A DNA stretch of 44,362 nucleotides from a phage, in the sequence record PZ445525.1; one strand, written 5' to 3'. Positions within the stretch are counted from its first letter, which is position 1, and each line of letters opens with the position of its first letter. Under the pieces are notes generated by a model. That model did no database searches. It worked only from the letters and a program-made list of their open reading frames with translations, and was not told the origin of the DNA. Positions 16,648 to 25,867 of the stretch are shown piece by piece. The position numbers were made by a program, and so were the translations under genes.

Positions 16648-19600
16648 CGATTATCTACGACGTCACTGGGCATAAGGGTGGCGGTGGTAAACAGCACACC
16701 CCGCAGGAAACGCCTGACAGCCTGCATTCTCTGGCTAAAATCCGCATCCTCCTTGCACTTGGTGAAGGGGAATTCGAAAGTATTACCAGCGCCAGCGAAT
16801 TGCGGCAGCGTGTATATCTGGACGGCACGCCGATCCAGAACGCCGACATGTCGGAAAACTTCCCCGGCGCGCGCGTGGAGTTCCGCCCTGGCACACAGCA
16901 CCAGGATGTGATCCACGGATTTTCAGCGGTAGAAAGCGAGCAATCCGTCGGTGTAAAACTGGAAAACGGCACGCCGTGGGTCCGCCAGATTAACGACACC
17001 AGTCTTGACGCCGTGCGCATTCGTGTCGGTATTCCGGCCCTGTACACCAACGAAGATAACGGCGATTTGGTTGGCGGGCGCATCGACTACAAAATCGTTG
17101 TGTACACCGACAACGCTGACCCGCGCGAGTTCAACTTCGCTGCCGTTGGTAAAACAATGTCGCTGTATGAGCGCGACCACCGCATCGAGCTACCGTCGAA
17201 CGTGAATACCGGCTGGCGCGTGGAGGTGCACCGCACGACGGCAGACTCCACATCGGCAAAAGTGGTTAACGATATCCAGGTGCAATCAATCACTGAGATT
17301 ATCGACGCCCGTCTGCGCTACCCGCTAACCGCGCTGTTGTTCGTGGAGTTCGACGCTAAGGCGTTCCAGAACATCCCGCGCGTGTCCATCAAGTGCAAAG
17401 GTCGCAAAGTGCTGGTCCCGAACAACTACGACCCGGTCAATCATACCTATTCTGGCGACTGGGACGGGACGTTTAAACGCGCATGGACTGATAACCCTGC
17501 GTGGCACTGGTATGATATTTGTATTACTGAGCGCTTCGGCCTCGGTCGGAGGATCAAGCCGCAAATGCTAAACCGTTACGCGCTCTACCAGATTGCGCAG
17601 CGCTGCGACCAGTTGGTCAGCGACGGAAACGGCGGACGGGAAATCCGCTTTAAGAATGATATGTACATCCAGTCGCAGACCGACGCATGGACCGTGCTTA
17701 AGGATTTAGCAGCCATCTTTGCTGGTATGACCTGGTGGGGAAACCAGATGTTGAATATCGTCAGTGACCAGCCGGTCGCAGCGGTATCGCACACTATCAC
17801 CAACGCCTCGGTAATTGATGGTCGATTCGACTACGCATCTGGGAGCCAGAAAACTCGCTATTCCACGTTCGCGGTAGCATACGGCAACCCGAAGAACCAC
17901 TACGAAGACGCCATCGCAACGGGCCAGCGTGTCGAACTGGTGCGCCGCCATAAAATCAACCGCCTTGATATTACGGCGATCGGCTGTACGCGTGAATCAG
18001 AAGCGCAACGCCGCGGTCACTGGGCGCTAATCTCCAACCAGCTTGACCAGCAAGTTAGCTTTAGGGTTGGCATGGAGGGACTTTTCTTTATTCCGGGTAG
18101 CGTAGTCGCGATCGCCGATACAAACATTTCTGGCGGCTTCGAGACACGCGGCGGTCGCCTGTTGCCAGATCCTGGCACGCGGACGGTGCTGAACACAGAC
18201 AGCGAAATCACGTTCCGCCCTGGCGATAAATTCCTGGTACGCACCGATAGCGGTAATGTGGAGACTCGCGAGATCGCCAGCGTCAACGGCAACAAGGTTA
18301 CGCTAAAAACCGCACTGGACGCAGACCCGATTCCTGATCAGCCGTTTTGCGTTGATGGCGATGATATCCAGTTGCAGAAGTTCCGCATCACCGACCTGGA
18401 ATATGACGACTCTACCAGCACTTTTTCAGTGCGCGGGGTCGAGTACAACGATAGCAAATATGATGCCGTTGATAATGGCGCTCGCCTTGATCCTGGTATT
18501 TTCACGCAAGTGCCAGACGGCGTAATGAAGGGGCCGGAGTCCGTGACCATCACCCCGTCGCAGATTTCATCGCAAGGCCAGCTAATCACCAACGTGGATA
18601 TTGTTTTCCCGCCGGTGAAGGATGCCGTTGTTTATGAAATCCAGTGGCGGCGTACCAGCTTGCAGAATATGGCGATCCAGTGGGGTAACGACTGGGTGAA
18701 CATCCCACGCACGGCATCGAACGGCGCGCACATCCCTAACGTGTTCTCCGGTAACTACCAGGCACGCGTCCGCGCGATCGGTATGGGCGAGATTTCGTCC
18801 CCGTGGGTGTCGTCCGCTATCACGCCGGTGGACGGTCGTCTCGGCGGGCTTAACGCGCCTATCATCACCAACGCGATTTCGGGCCTCCACCAAATTTTGT
18901 GGAAGTGGAACCACAACAACGCCGCGACGGATATCTCATACACCGAGCTTGAAGTGCGCAAGACTGGTGAAACGGAATGGAAGTTCTTAACCAACGTCCC
19001 ATATCCTGGGTCGGAGTATGCGCAAACGTCGCTGGAGTTCGGCATTTACCAGCAGTTGCGCGCCCGTGTGGCTGATAAAATCGGCAACCTGTCGGACTGG
19101 TCCGCCCCGTTTGAAGGCCAGGTGAGTGACAAAGTTGACGAGTACATGAAGGGGCTTGATGACGCGTTCTTGACTTCCGAGGATGGTAAACACTTCCAGG
19201 AAGCAATCGACACCATTCCGCAAGGCATTTACGAATCAATGCTAACGGACGCCCAGCAGCTATTCAACGCCCGCACCGAGTATAAAGGGATTTATGCAGA
19301 AATAACGGTGGCATATAACGTGGCGGCGGACGCCCACAAGGCGGTCGCTCAACTGGAGACGTTGATTGGCACGCGCCTTGACGACGCGGAAGCGGCGATC
19401 CACACGTTGCAGACTGCGCAAAGCACGCACGAACAAGCGTTCGCCCAGTACCAACAAACTGTTGCCGCTAAGTTCGGGGAACAGGAAGCTGCCATCCAGC
19501 AGGTACAAACGGCAACGGCAGACGTAGCGGGCGCACTGGCGGAGTATAAGACCCAGGTTGCGGCGCAGTTTGGTCAGCAGTCCGCAGCTATTGAGCAGAA

Positions 19601-20066
19601 GATGACGTCTTCGTTTAACCATGCTGGCGGCAGTGCCACATACAGCCTTAAGGCTGGCGTGACGTATAACGGGACTTACTACGATGCCGGTATGCAGCTT
19701 TCCGTCGTGGCGGAAGGTGGCGCGGTTAAATCCCGCATCGCGTTCAAGGCGGACCAGTTCTACATCATGCACCCATCTAACGGGTCGCTTTCGTCCGCGT
19801 TTATTGTAGACGGCGGGGCGGTGTACATCGACACGGCACGCATCAAGGACGCGACTATCAACTTCGCGCAGATCACGGACACGCTGCAATCTAATAACTA
19901 CGACGGCAGCACGCGAGGCTGGCGCTTAGGGAAAGATGGGACGTTTATCAACCTGGGAACCGGTAGCGGTGGCGGGGCGATGAAAATGACGAATGACACA
20001 ATCAGCGTCAAGGATTCTAACGGAGTTTTGCGGGTTCAGATTGGTAAAATCACGGGGGGTTGGTGA
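16644..20066 (+). CDS. tail tip / host specificity protein (gpJ-like)
   Basis: 1140-aa ORF last in the M-L-K-I-J series; C-terminal Ala/Gln-rich repeats. Confidence 0.8.
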   Translation: MTIIYDVTGHKGGGGKQHTPQETPDSLHSLAKIRILLALGEGEFESITSASELRQRVYLDGTPIQNADMSENFPGARVEFRPGTQHQDVIHGFSAVESEQSVGVKLENGTPWVRQINDTSLDAVRIRVGIPALYTNEDNGDLVGGRIDYKIVVYTDNADPREFNFAAVGKTMSLYERDHRIELPSNVNTGWRVEVHRTTADSTSAKVVNDIQVQSITEIIDARLRYPLTALLFVEFDAKAFQNIPRVSIKCKGRKVLVPNNYDPVNHTYSGDWDGTFKRAWTDNPAWHWYDICITERFGLGRRIKPQMLNRYALYQIAQRCDQLVSDGNGGREIRFKNDMYIQSQTDAWTVLKDLAAIFAGMTWWGNQMLNIVSDQPVAAVSHTITNASVIDGRFDYASGSQKTRYSTFAVAYGNPKNHYEDAIATGQRVELVRRHKINRLDITAIGCTRESEAQRRGHWALISNQLDQQVSFRVGMEGLFFIPGSVVAIADTNISGGFETRGGRLLPDPGTRTVLNTDSEITFRPGDKFLVRTDSGNVETREIASVNGNKVTLKTALDADPIPDQPFCVDGDDIQLQKFRITDLEYDDSTSTFSVRGVEYNDSKYDAVDNGARLDPGIFTQVPDGVMKGPESVTITPSQISSQGQLITNVDIVFPPVKDAVVYEIQWRRTSLQNMAIQWGNDWVNIPRTASNGAHIPNVFSGNYQARVRAIGMGEISSPWVSSAITPVDGRLGGLNAPIITNAISGLHQILWKWNHNNAATDISYTELEVRKTGETEWKFLTNVPYPGSEYAQTSLEFGIYQQLRARVADKIGNLSDWSAPFEGQVSDKVDEYMKGLDDAFLTSEDGKHFQEAIDTIPQGIYESMLTDAQQLFNARTEYKGIYAEITVAYNVAADAHKAVAQLETLIGTRLDDAEAAIHTLQTAQSTHEQAFAQYQQTVAAKFGEQEAAIQQVQTATADVAGALAEYKTQVAAQFGQQSAAIEQKMTSSFNHAGGSATYSLKAGVTYNGTYYDAGMQLSVVAEGGAVKSRIAFKADQFYIMHPSNGSLSSAFIVDGGAVYIDTARIKDATINFAQITDTLQSNNYDGSTRGWRLGKDGTFINLGTGSGGGAMKMTNDTISVKDSNGVLRVQIGKITGGW

Positions 20067-20070
20067 TATA

Positions 20071-20084
20071 GGGGCTTCGGCCCC
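20071..20084. terminator. bidirectional hairpin between convergent J-like gene and minus-strand gene
   Basis: ggggcttcggcccc (GNRA-like loop) between stops at 20066 (+) and 20090 (-); no strong T-run. Confidence 0.45.
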
Positions 20085-20089
20085 TTCTA

Positions 20090-20704
20090 TCAATCATATT
20101 TAGCCGCATCTATTACGAGTATGGATGGCGAATAATAAACGCCGAGTGGCCCTGGTGTGTGGGCTACTTGCTTAGATATCGAATAAATGCTTGTTCCGGA
20201 TGCGCCGGATTGTGATTCATAAATAGCGTGCCCACCAATCTGAGGGGTGGGGACCGAGTTTATTGCCGTTTGTTGTGGCGATACGGCACATGTATACCCC
20301 AGATTAACATCAAAAGACAGACCATTTATCGGTATTTGGTGGGCCTCCAGCGGCAGCATTTTACCGTGGTACACCATATCCCCCGCAGAATTATAGAATG
20401 CGATCCCGTAGTCTCCTGGCGGGGTAACCATATCACTAAAAGCATATACTCTAATCCATCCTGGATTGTCGGTCTTGTCTAGCCGTAGCGCATGATAACC
20501 ACCATTATTTATGTGAGTGAATGCGGTGTACGCACGCCCGCCCATCCTCACAAAGAAAAAGCACACGCGATCGAATGGTATTGGCGTTGTAAAAACAGAA
20601 CCGCTATATACCCCCATATCACCGCGACTTATTAAATTAACAGGCGTAAAATCCGGGCTTAACCAAATGGACCCATCCGGCTTTGTGATCTGCATTCCGT
20701 ACAT
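20090..20704 (-). CDS. hypothetical protein (possibly C-terminal part of a split gene)
   Basis: 204-aa Gly/Tyr/Ser-rich ORF; its ATG lies 1 nt after the stop of the upstream ORF, separated by a G5 tract. Confidence 0.45.
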   Translation of the reverse strand: MYGMQITKPDGSIWLSPDFTPVNLISRGDMGVYSGSVFTTPIPFDRVCFFFVRMGGRAYTAFTHINNGGYHALRLDKTDNPGWIRVYAFSDMVTPPGDYGIAFYNSAGDMVYHGKMLPLEAHQIPINGLSFDVNLGYTCAVSPQQTAINSVPTPQIGGHAIYESQSGASGTSIYSISKQVAHTPGPLGVYYSPSILVIDAAKYD

Positions 20705-20705
20705 G

Positions 20706-20999
20706 TCACCCCCAATACGTATATATAAATCTTGATTCGCCAGCGTTAAAGCCGCTCCAGGAGACAGTGTTGTCGCTTACGGATATTGATGGCGCACCCC
20801 AAGATGTGCCGTTCCATGTATGCGTACCAACGTAACCCGCCTTTAAACTTTTCCCCGGCGGACGGTTGTGATACGTCTTGCTCCCGGATGGTTGTGTGAA
20901 TTTGTCGAGGAAAAAAACCGGCGTTAGCAGACCGGTTACATCCCTGCCGTGCTCGTCATAAATCGCGTACCCATAGTTACTCACTTTTACACTCCACAA
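20706..20999 (-). CDS. hypothetical protein (possibly N-terminal part of a split gene)
   Basis: 97-aa ORF ending TGG-GGG-TGA immediately before the next ATG; removal of one G would fuse the two ORFs. Confidence 0.4.
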   Translation of the reverse strand: MWSVKVSNYGYAIYDEHGRDVTGLLTPVFFLDKFTQPSGSKTYHNRPPGKSLKAGYVGTHTWNGTSWGAPSISVSDNTVSWSGFNAGESRFIYTYWG

Positions 21000-21246
21000 T
21001 TTCGAATTTATCTTCGCGTTGCCATCTGTGAACGAAAGTTACAAATTTCTGTGATGGGGCTACTCGGTATTGTTTTTCGCCAAATCGGTTTTCACGCACC
21101 GCGTTTAGTTTAACAGGGTAGCTATCGTTTACGGGGAATGTTTTAACCACATATTGGCCTGTGCAATTAATGGCCTTGTAGTTGCCGTCTGGTGGCGCTG
21201 AGCAACCCGCCAACAGAACCGCACAAATCATAATTAAAGTTTTCAT
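20977..21246 (-). CDS. small lipoprotein, candidate Cor/Llp-like superinfection exclusion protein
   Basis: 89-aa ORF from ATG 21246 with strong RBS aggag; signal peptide MKTLIMICAVLLAGC with lipobox L-A-G-C; located beside tail fiber/host-range genes. Confidence 0.5.
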   Translation of the reverse strand: MKTLIMICAVLLAGCSAPPDGNYKAINCTGQYVVKTFPVNDSYPVKLNAVRENRFGEKQYRVAPSQKFVTFVHRWQREDKFEIVECKSE

Positions 21247-21326
21247 GGTATCATCTCCTATATTTGGTTGAGTTTTAGTATTACACCGCTCGATCAAGAA
21301 TGCAACCAATTTATGAGGATTTAGCT

Positions 21327-22955
21327 ATGGCAGCGGGTACGCTCTCCGTAACGAACAATAGCAAGGCGGTAGTAGGGGTTGGCACAACGTTTACCGCGTT
21401 CAAGGCTGGCGACTTCTTATCACTGGTGGTAGGACAAGTCCCCTACACCGTGGCAATCGCGTCCATTGAAAGCGACACTGCGCTTACCCTGGTGCTGCCG
21501 TTCGACGGCCCAACGGCAACCGGCCTGGCATGGGATGGCGTAGCGCGCGATACCATGTCGCTGGCAACTATGGGCGTAACGGTCCAGGCACAGAAAGCAT
21601 TACGCTTGATGATCGCGGACGAAAACAACTGGCGTGCAATCTTCGGCGACGCTGAAGAAATCACCGTAACGTTACCTAACGGGCAGGTTATGCAGGGGAT
21701 GTCATGGGGCTATCTGTCGCAGTTGATGAAACAGATCGACCCCGTTGAAATGCGCGACCTGCAACAACAAGCCGCCGCATCGGAAGCCGCCGCGCAAGGA
21801 TTTCGTAATGAGGCCGAAGGCTTCAAGACCGAGACGGCAGGCATTCGCGACGCCACCAATCAGATTAAGGCGGATACGCAGGCGATCCACGACGCCACTA
21901 ATACTGTCAAGACGCAGACTGACCAGATTAAGACTGATACGCAGGCCATCAAGGACCAGACGAACCAGATCAAGACTGACACCGGCGTTATAAGGGATGA
22001 AGCCAATACCGCGAAGACGGACGCGCAAGCCGCCCGTGATGCCGCGCAGGGATACCGGAACGAAGCCGAACAATTCAAGAATGAGATCGACCCGTCGAAA
22101 TTGCTGGCAAAGGCCAACAACCTGAGCGACGTTGCCGACCCAACGGCAGCGCGGGGCCACTTAGGCTTGGGGTCCGTGGCGACGCTAAATGTTGGTACGT
22201 CTGGTGATAATGTGCCAAAACTAAACGGCGCTAACACATGGTCACAGGCTCAAACCTTCAGCACGCCTTTAGCGATCGAGTCTGGGGGCACGGGCGTAAA
22301 CACGCGTGAGGCACTGTGGCCTGTCGTACGACCTCTCGACGTGTTAGGTAACGCAGGAAGACATTTTGGGATACCTGACGGTGTCACCAGAAACCACATC
22401 TGGCTGTGGAACCAGGCGGATACCCCGGACGCAGGTTTTGCTAACTTTATTGAAGGTGGCTGGTTTGACAGCGCATGGCGCATGGGAGGTATTCGTAGTG
22501 GAAATGTCCAATTATCACATGTGCAGCTTACCGTTGATAGCGACCCGGGTCCGGCTGCTGACTTCAAATTTTTCCCTGACGGTACTGCGGTAACTACAAA
22601 CTGGAGTTCAACATCCGACCCGCGCGTCAAATCTCTGATTGAGGTTATACCAGACCCACTTTATTTGATGCGAGGTATCCGTGGTTATTCTTGGTACTAT
22701 GAACATACTGGTAGTAAGGGCTTTGGGTTCCTGTCTTCCGAGGTGAAGGTTAACTTCAGCGGGGCGGTTAAGACATTTGGGGATGCTACGCTACCCGATG
22801 GTACAGTAGTACATGATGTGGAGGGTGTGGACACATCGGGAGTGTCCGCCGCACTCCATCACGAGGCCATACTGGCACTGATGGATAAAATGGAGGATAT
22901 GCAGAAAGAACTGGAGGAACTGAAAGCCGCAGTAGCGGCCCAGGCTAAAGCATAA
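21327..22955 (+). CDS. tail fiber protein with C-terminal intramolecular chaperone (peptidase S74-like) domain
   Basis: 542-aa ORF with RBS gaggat; 11-residue repeats (QIKTDTQAIKD...) encoded by ~33-bp tandem repeats; C-terminal region with S-D-P-R-V-K motif and coiled-coil tail typical of auto-cleaving chaperone domains. Confidence 0.65.
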   Translation: MAAGTLSVTNNSKAVVGVGTTFTAFKAGDFLSLVVGQVPYTVAIASIESDTALTLVLPFDGPTATGLAWDGVARDTMSLATMGVTVQAQKALRLMIADENNWRAIFGDAEEITVTLPNGQVMQGMSWGYLSQLMKQIDPVEMRDLQQQAAASEAAAQGFRNEAEGFKTETAGIRDATNQIKADTQAIHDATNTVKTQTDQIKTDTQAIKDQTNQIKTDTGVIRDEANTAKTDAQAARDAAQGYRNEAEQFKNEIDPSKLLAKANNLSDVADPTAARGHLGLGSVATLNVGTSGDNVPKLNGANTWSQAQTFSTPLAIESGGTGVNTREALWPVVRPLDVLGNAGRHFGIPDGVTRNHIWLWNQADTPDAGFANFIEGGWFDSAWRMGGIRSGNVQLSHVQLTVDSDPGPAADFKFFPDGTAVTTNWSSTSDPRVKSLIEVIPDPLYLMRGIRGYSWYYEHTGSKGFGFLSSEVKVNFSGAVKTFGDATLPDGTVVHDVEGVDTSGVSAALHHEAILALMDKMEDMQKELEELKAAVAAQAKA

Positions 22956-22961
22956 CGAGAA

Positions 22962-22983
22962 GGGGCCGTATGGCCCCTTTTTT
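22962..22983. terminator. bidirectional intrinsic terminator
   Basis: hairpin ggggccgtatggcccc followed by TTTTTT, between convergent stops at 22955 (+) and 22982 (-). Confidence 0.65.
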
Positions 22984-23557
22984 AGTTTGAGTTTTCCCAA
23001 TCCATTTTGCGCCGCACCAGCGGGCTTTCGTAGTATTCCTTTCCTTCCACTTCCACTAAGGGCCAGTCATTAACAATCACGTATGGCTCTGCGATATCCT
23101 CAATCACGCCGTGCGCGCTTTGCGGCCCTAACGACACACCCACCAGGATAACACCGGCAACGCGACGTGACAGATACTCGCGAGCGCAACGCGCCTCTAC
23201 CAGCCCGCGACGGATGCCGCTGGTGGCCTTAACCTCGTAGGTCCATACGGCATCGATTACATGCTCGCGGAAGTCTGGACCGGACTTAACCTTGCGCTTG
23301 CCGACCATGATGATATCGCCGCGGTCAATGGTATTGGCGCTAAACAGGCCGGTACGCATAAGCAAGCCTTGCGGGATGCAACTACGCCCGCCCGCCTGCC
23401 CTTCAAGATACATGCCCGCAAACATTTCGCCCAGCACACCGACCAGTCGGCTTTGCTTGCACGCGTCGGACTTTAAGCGCCACTGGTCAAACTCGATGCT
23501 TGCTATCATTGCCGCCAGGTGGAATTGTTTACCAGATATTTCATATTCGCCGTACAT
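22982..23557 (-). CDS. hypothetical protein (possible PD-(D/E)xK-type motif)
   Basis: 191-aa ORF; segment D-A-V-W-T-Y-E-V-K resembles a D...ExK nuclease motif; weak. Confidence 0.45.
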   Translation of the reverse strand: MYGEYEISGKQFHLAAMIASIEFDQWRLKSDACKQSRLVGVLGEMFAGMYLEGQAGGRSCIPQGLLMRTGLFSANTIDRGDIIMVGKRKVKSGPDFREHVIDAVWTYEVKATSGIRRGLVEARCAREYLSRRVAGVILVGVSLGPQSAHGVIEDIAEPYVIVNDWPLVEVEGKEYYESPLVRRKMDWENSN

Positions 23558-23599
23558 CGTGTGGTCCCCATTGATGCGGGCCGAAGCCCGCTATTCGAA

Positions 23600-24121
23600 T
23601 TATTTAAGTGCGCCAGTCACCAGTGTTTTTTCCATGTTACGGAAGTCTTCCGGCGTCATAAGTATTTTGGACCCATCTTCGCCGGTGAGCACGACCATAG
23701 GCTGGACGTCCCGGTCTACGACGCCGAAATTAGCGGCTTTAACCGTCTTGCCTGCCGATGGTGAAGGACGCCACGTCCCCGCGGTGGCGATGGGCCGTCC
23801 TTTAAGGCTGTCGTATTGCGCTGCCGTTGTATCGACCTGAATCTCGTCGTGTACGGTCATGTACGACTCGCCCAGCAAGGCCGCATACGCTACCAGGTCG
23901 ACGATATTGTCTTCCCGGTGCTTGCGGTGCTGGCGTACCAGCTTCAGGCAAATCAAGAAGGTCCAGGCTTCTTGCTCGGTTAGGTCGCGACCGGTAAGCG
24001 CGTTAAACACGGCAGCGATTTGTTTAGCGATGCGTTCTTCTTTCGCGTTGCCATAGCCGTTTTCTTTCCCGCGCTGTTCCATAGTGGTGGCGGCGTTTTT
24101 GCAGTATTCGTATGCTTTCAT
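23600..24121 (-). CDS. hypothetical protein with MazG-like/all-alpha NTP pyrophosphatase-like N-terminal region
   Basis: 173-aa ORF; N-terminal helical region with EER...LTEQEAW...ED..D pattern (recollection of MazG/DUF-type fold, unsearched). Confidence 0.45.
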   Translation of the reverse strand: MKAYEYCKNAATTMEQRGKENGYGNAKEERIAKQIAAVFNALTGRDLTEQEAWTFLICLKLVRQHRKHREDNIVDLVAYAALLGESYMTVHDEIQVDTTAAQYDSLKGRPIATAGTWRPSPSAGKTVKAANFGVVDRDVQPMVVLTGEDGSKILMTPEDFRNMEKTLVTGALK

Positions 24122-24183
24122 TATGTGGTCCTTTTTAGCGTGGGGCCTTATTGCCCCGACGCGTTAACTATAGTGCAACCAAC

Positions 24184-24654
24184 CTATTGGTTGCAAGTAA
24201 ATTTTGCAACATTTATTGCGTAAATTTTCGGGACCAAATCGCTACACGCCCGGCGAATTGCCGCGATGTTCTTCGGACAGTCTTCAATGATGACCAGTTC
24301 CGACACGTCCGCATAGCAGACCATTTTGAACACCGCGCACGCTTTAAACTCTGGCGGCGGGGTGTCGTCCAGCATGTGGCGCATAAACAACCGCCCTACG
24401 GGGAATACTTCCAATTGCTCGGCGGTGGTTTCCCAGCATTCACGCTGCCGGTTTGTCAAATACGCTATCTCGAAGCCTTGCTCTTTGTACATGCGCAACA
24501 GCGGCAGCATATCCATGTTCAGGTCTTCGCGTACGTGCGCTTTGTGCCACTTCGCCCAAAAAGTGGATTTGGTTTTTATACCCGGCACCAGGTCGGCGCG
24601 TGCATCACTCGAACCATTAATAACGCCATCCAGATCACAAATCAGTAGTTTCAT
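24184..24654 (-). CDS. HAD-superfamily phosphatase
   Basis: N-terminal motif I L-I-C-D-L-D-G-V (DxDG[TV]); 156 aa. Confidence 0.55.
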   Translation of the reverse strand: MKLLICDLDGVINGSSDARADLVPGIKTKSTFWAKWHKAHVREDLNMDMLPLLRMYKEQGFEIAYLTNRQRECWETTAEQLEVFPVGRLFMRHMLDDTPPPEFKACAVFKMVCYADVSELVIIEDCPKNIAAIRRACSDLVPKIYAINVAKFTCNQ

Positions 24655-24884
24655 TTTAATTCCTCAACCAAATCCGAACGAACAACTCTGGCGGAAAACT
24701 TGTTACACACAAGATGCCAATTTGCGGTTATGACAAGCCAGCCGGTAAGGTCCAGACCCAGGATATATTCTGGACGTGGCACTCGCTTCACACGACCGCG
24801 GCGTTGGTCGATGTTATAGTCTCTTTGCATTTGGTCTACTACCGCGGGGTCGCGGTCAACGATTAAGATATTCATGTAACTCAC
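24651..24884 (-). CDS. hypothetical protein
   Basis: 77-aa ORF translationally coupled within the minus-strand operon. Confidence 0.4.
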   Translation of the reverse strand: MSYMNILIVDRDPAVVDQMQRDYNIDQRRGRVKRVPRPEYILGLDLTGWLVITANWHLVCNKFSARVVRSDLVEELK

Positions 24885-25341
24885 TCTCGCTCATTATTTC
24901 AATTTGTGCGCTGCCGATGGGTGGCGCTTCGTCAAAGATTATCAATTGCTGGCACTTGTTATTGCTCGGACCGACTTCGCCGGTTACGGCGTGAATGAAT
25001 CTAATCCGCCAGTCCAGAAGAATTATCAGGTTTGCAGTCTTCCGGGCCAACTTCGCCCACTTCGTCGACGTGTCCTGATTCAGTAGCATGACAGTCCGGC
25101 GTCCGTGCGCTGCGCACTCGACCCACGGCAGCGGATCGGAATACGGCGGATTGCACCATTTCCACCCTTTCAACTCTGCCCAGTCCACATCAAGCGCGCT
25201 ATGTTCTGCCGTGAAGTAACGCGGTAGCAGATGATTGGCGTCGCTCGCTGCCATATCGTAACGGAATCGGAACTTACGGCGCAGCGGTTTAAATAAAGCT
25301 GGCGGCGTGCGCCAGCTATCTTTTTGCTCACTCTCCGTCAT
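24856..25341 (-). CDS. DNA N6-adenine (amino) methyltransferase
   Basis: catalytic motif IV W-C-N-P-P-Y; 161 aa, phage Dam-like size. Confidence 0.65.
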   Translation of the reverse strand: MTESEQKDSWRTPPALFKPLRRKFRFRYDMAASDANHLLPRYFTAEHSALDVDWAELKGWKWCNPPYSDPLPWVECAAHGRRTVMLLNQDTSTKWAKLARKTANLIILLDWRIRFIHAVTGEVGPSNNKCQQLIIFDEAPPIGSAQIEIMSESELHEYLNR

Positions 25342-25786
25342 AGTCGGGATCTATCGCATACAGGGCGGTTTTCTTGCCGCGGGATAGCACGCGTTGGACT
25401 CGGGATAGCTCCGCCCTACTGAGCGGTCGGCTCTCGGAATAGTAGCCGCCGTTTGCACGCCACGCTATACGCACCAGTCCTTCCCGCGGGATCGAAGACG
25501 GGCTACCCTTCGGTCGCACGTACGCCTCGGCCCGTTTGCAATGCTCGCGCAGACCTTCGGCAGTGATGCGGTTTAGTGCGACGGTGGTTGTGTACCCGGT
25601 GCGCTGCATGATACCCATCAATTCGAAAAGCAGTTCGAAGCGCTCCTCTAGCTCCTGGCGCACTTTCTTCTCGCCTTCATATAGCGCCTGGTTGGTGTCC
25701 GCCAACGCGTTAGCACGTTCGGCCTGTTCGCGGGCTTCGAAGCATTGCGCGGCCCAGTATGCTTTTTCTTCTTGTAAAATTTTCAT
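25328..25786 (-). CDS. hypothetical protein
   Basis: 152-aa ORF with coiled-coil N-terminus; promoter-like TTGCAT/TATATT with ATTGGTTGCA motifs upstream (25841-25880). Confidence 0.45.
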   Translation of the reverse strand: MKILQEEKAYWAAQCFEAREQAERANALADTNQALYEGEKKVRQELEERFELLFELMGIMQRTGYTTTVALNRITAEGLREHCKRAEAYVRPKGSPSSIPREGLVRIAWRANGGYYSESRPLSRAELSRVQRVLSRGKKTALYAIDPDYDGE

Positions 25787-25867
25787 CGTGTTGTCTCCAG
25801 GTATTAAAAAGGGCGTCCAAACCGGACACCCTCAATATAATGCAACCAATCTTATTATGCAACCAAT

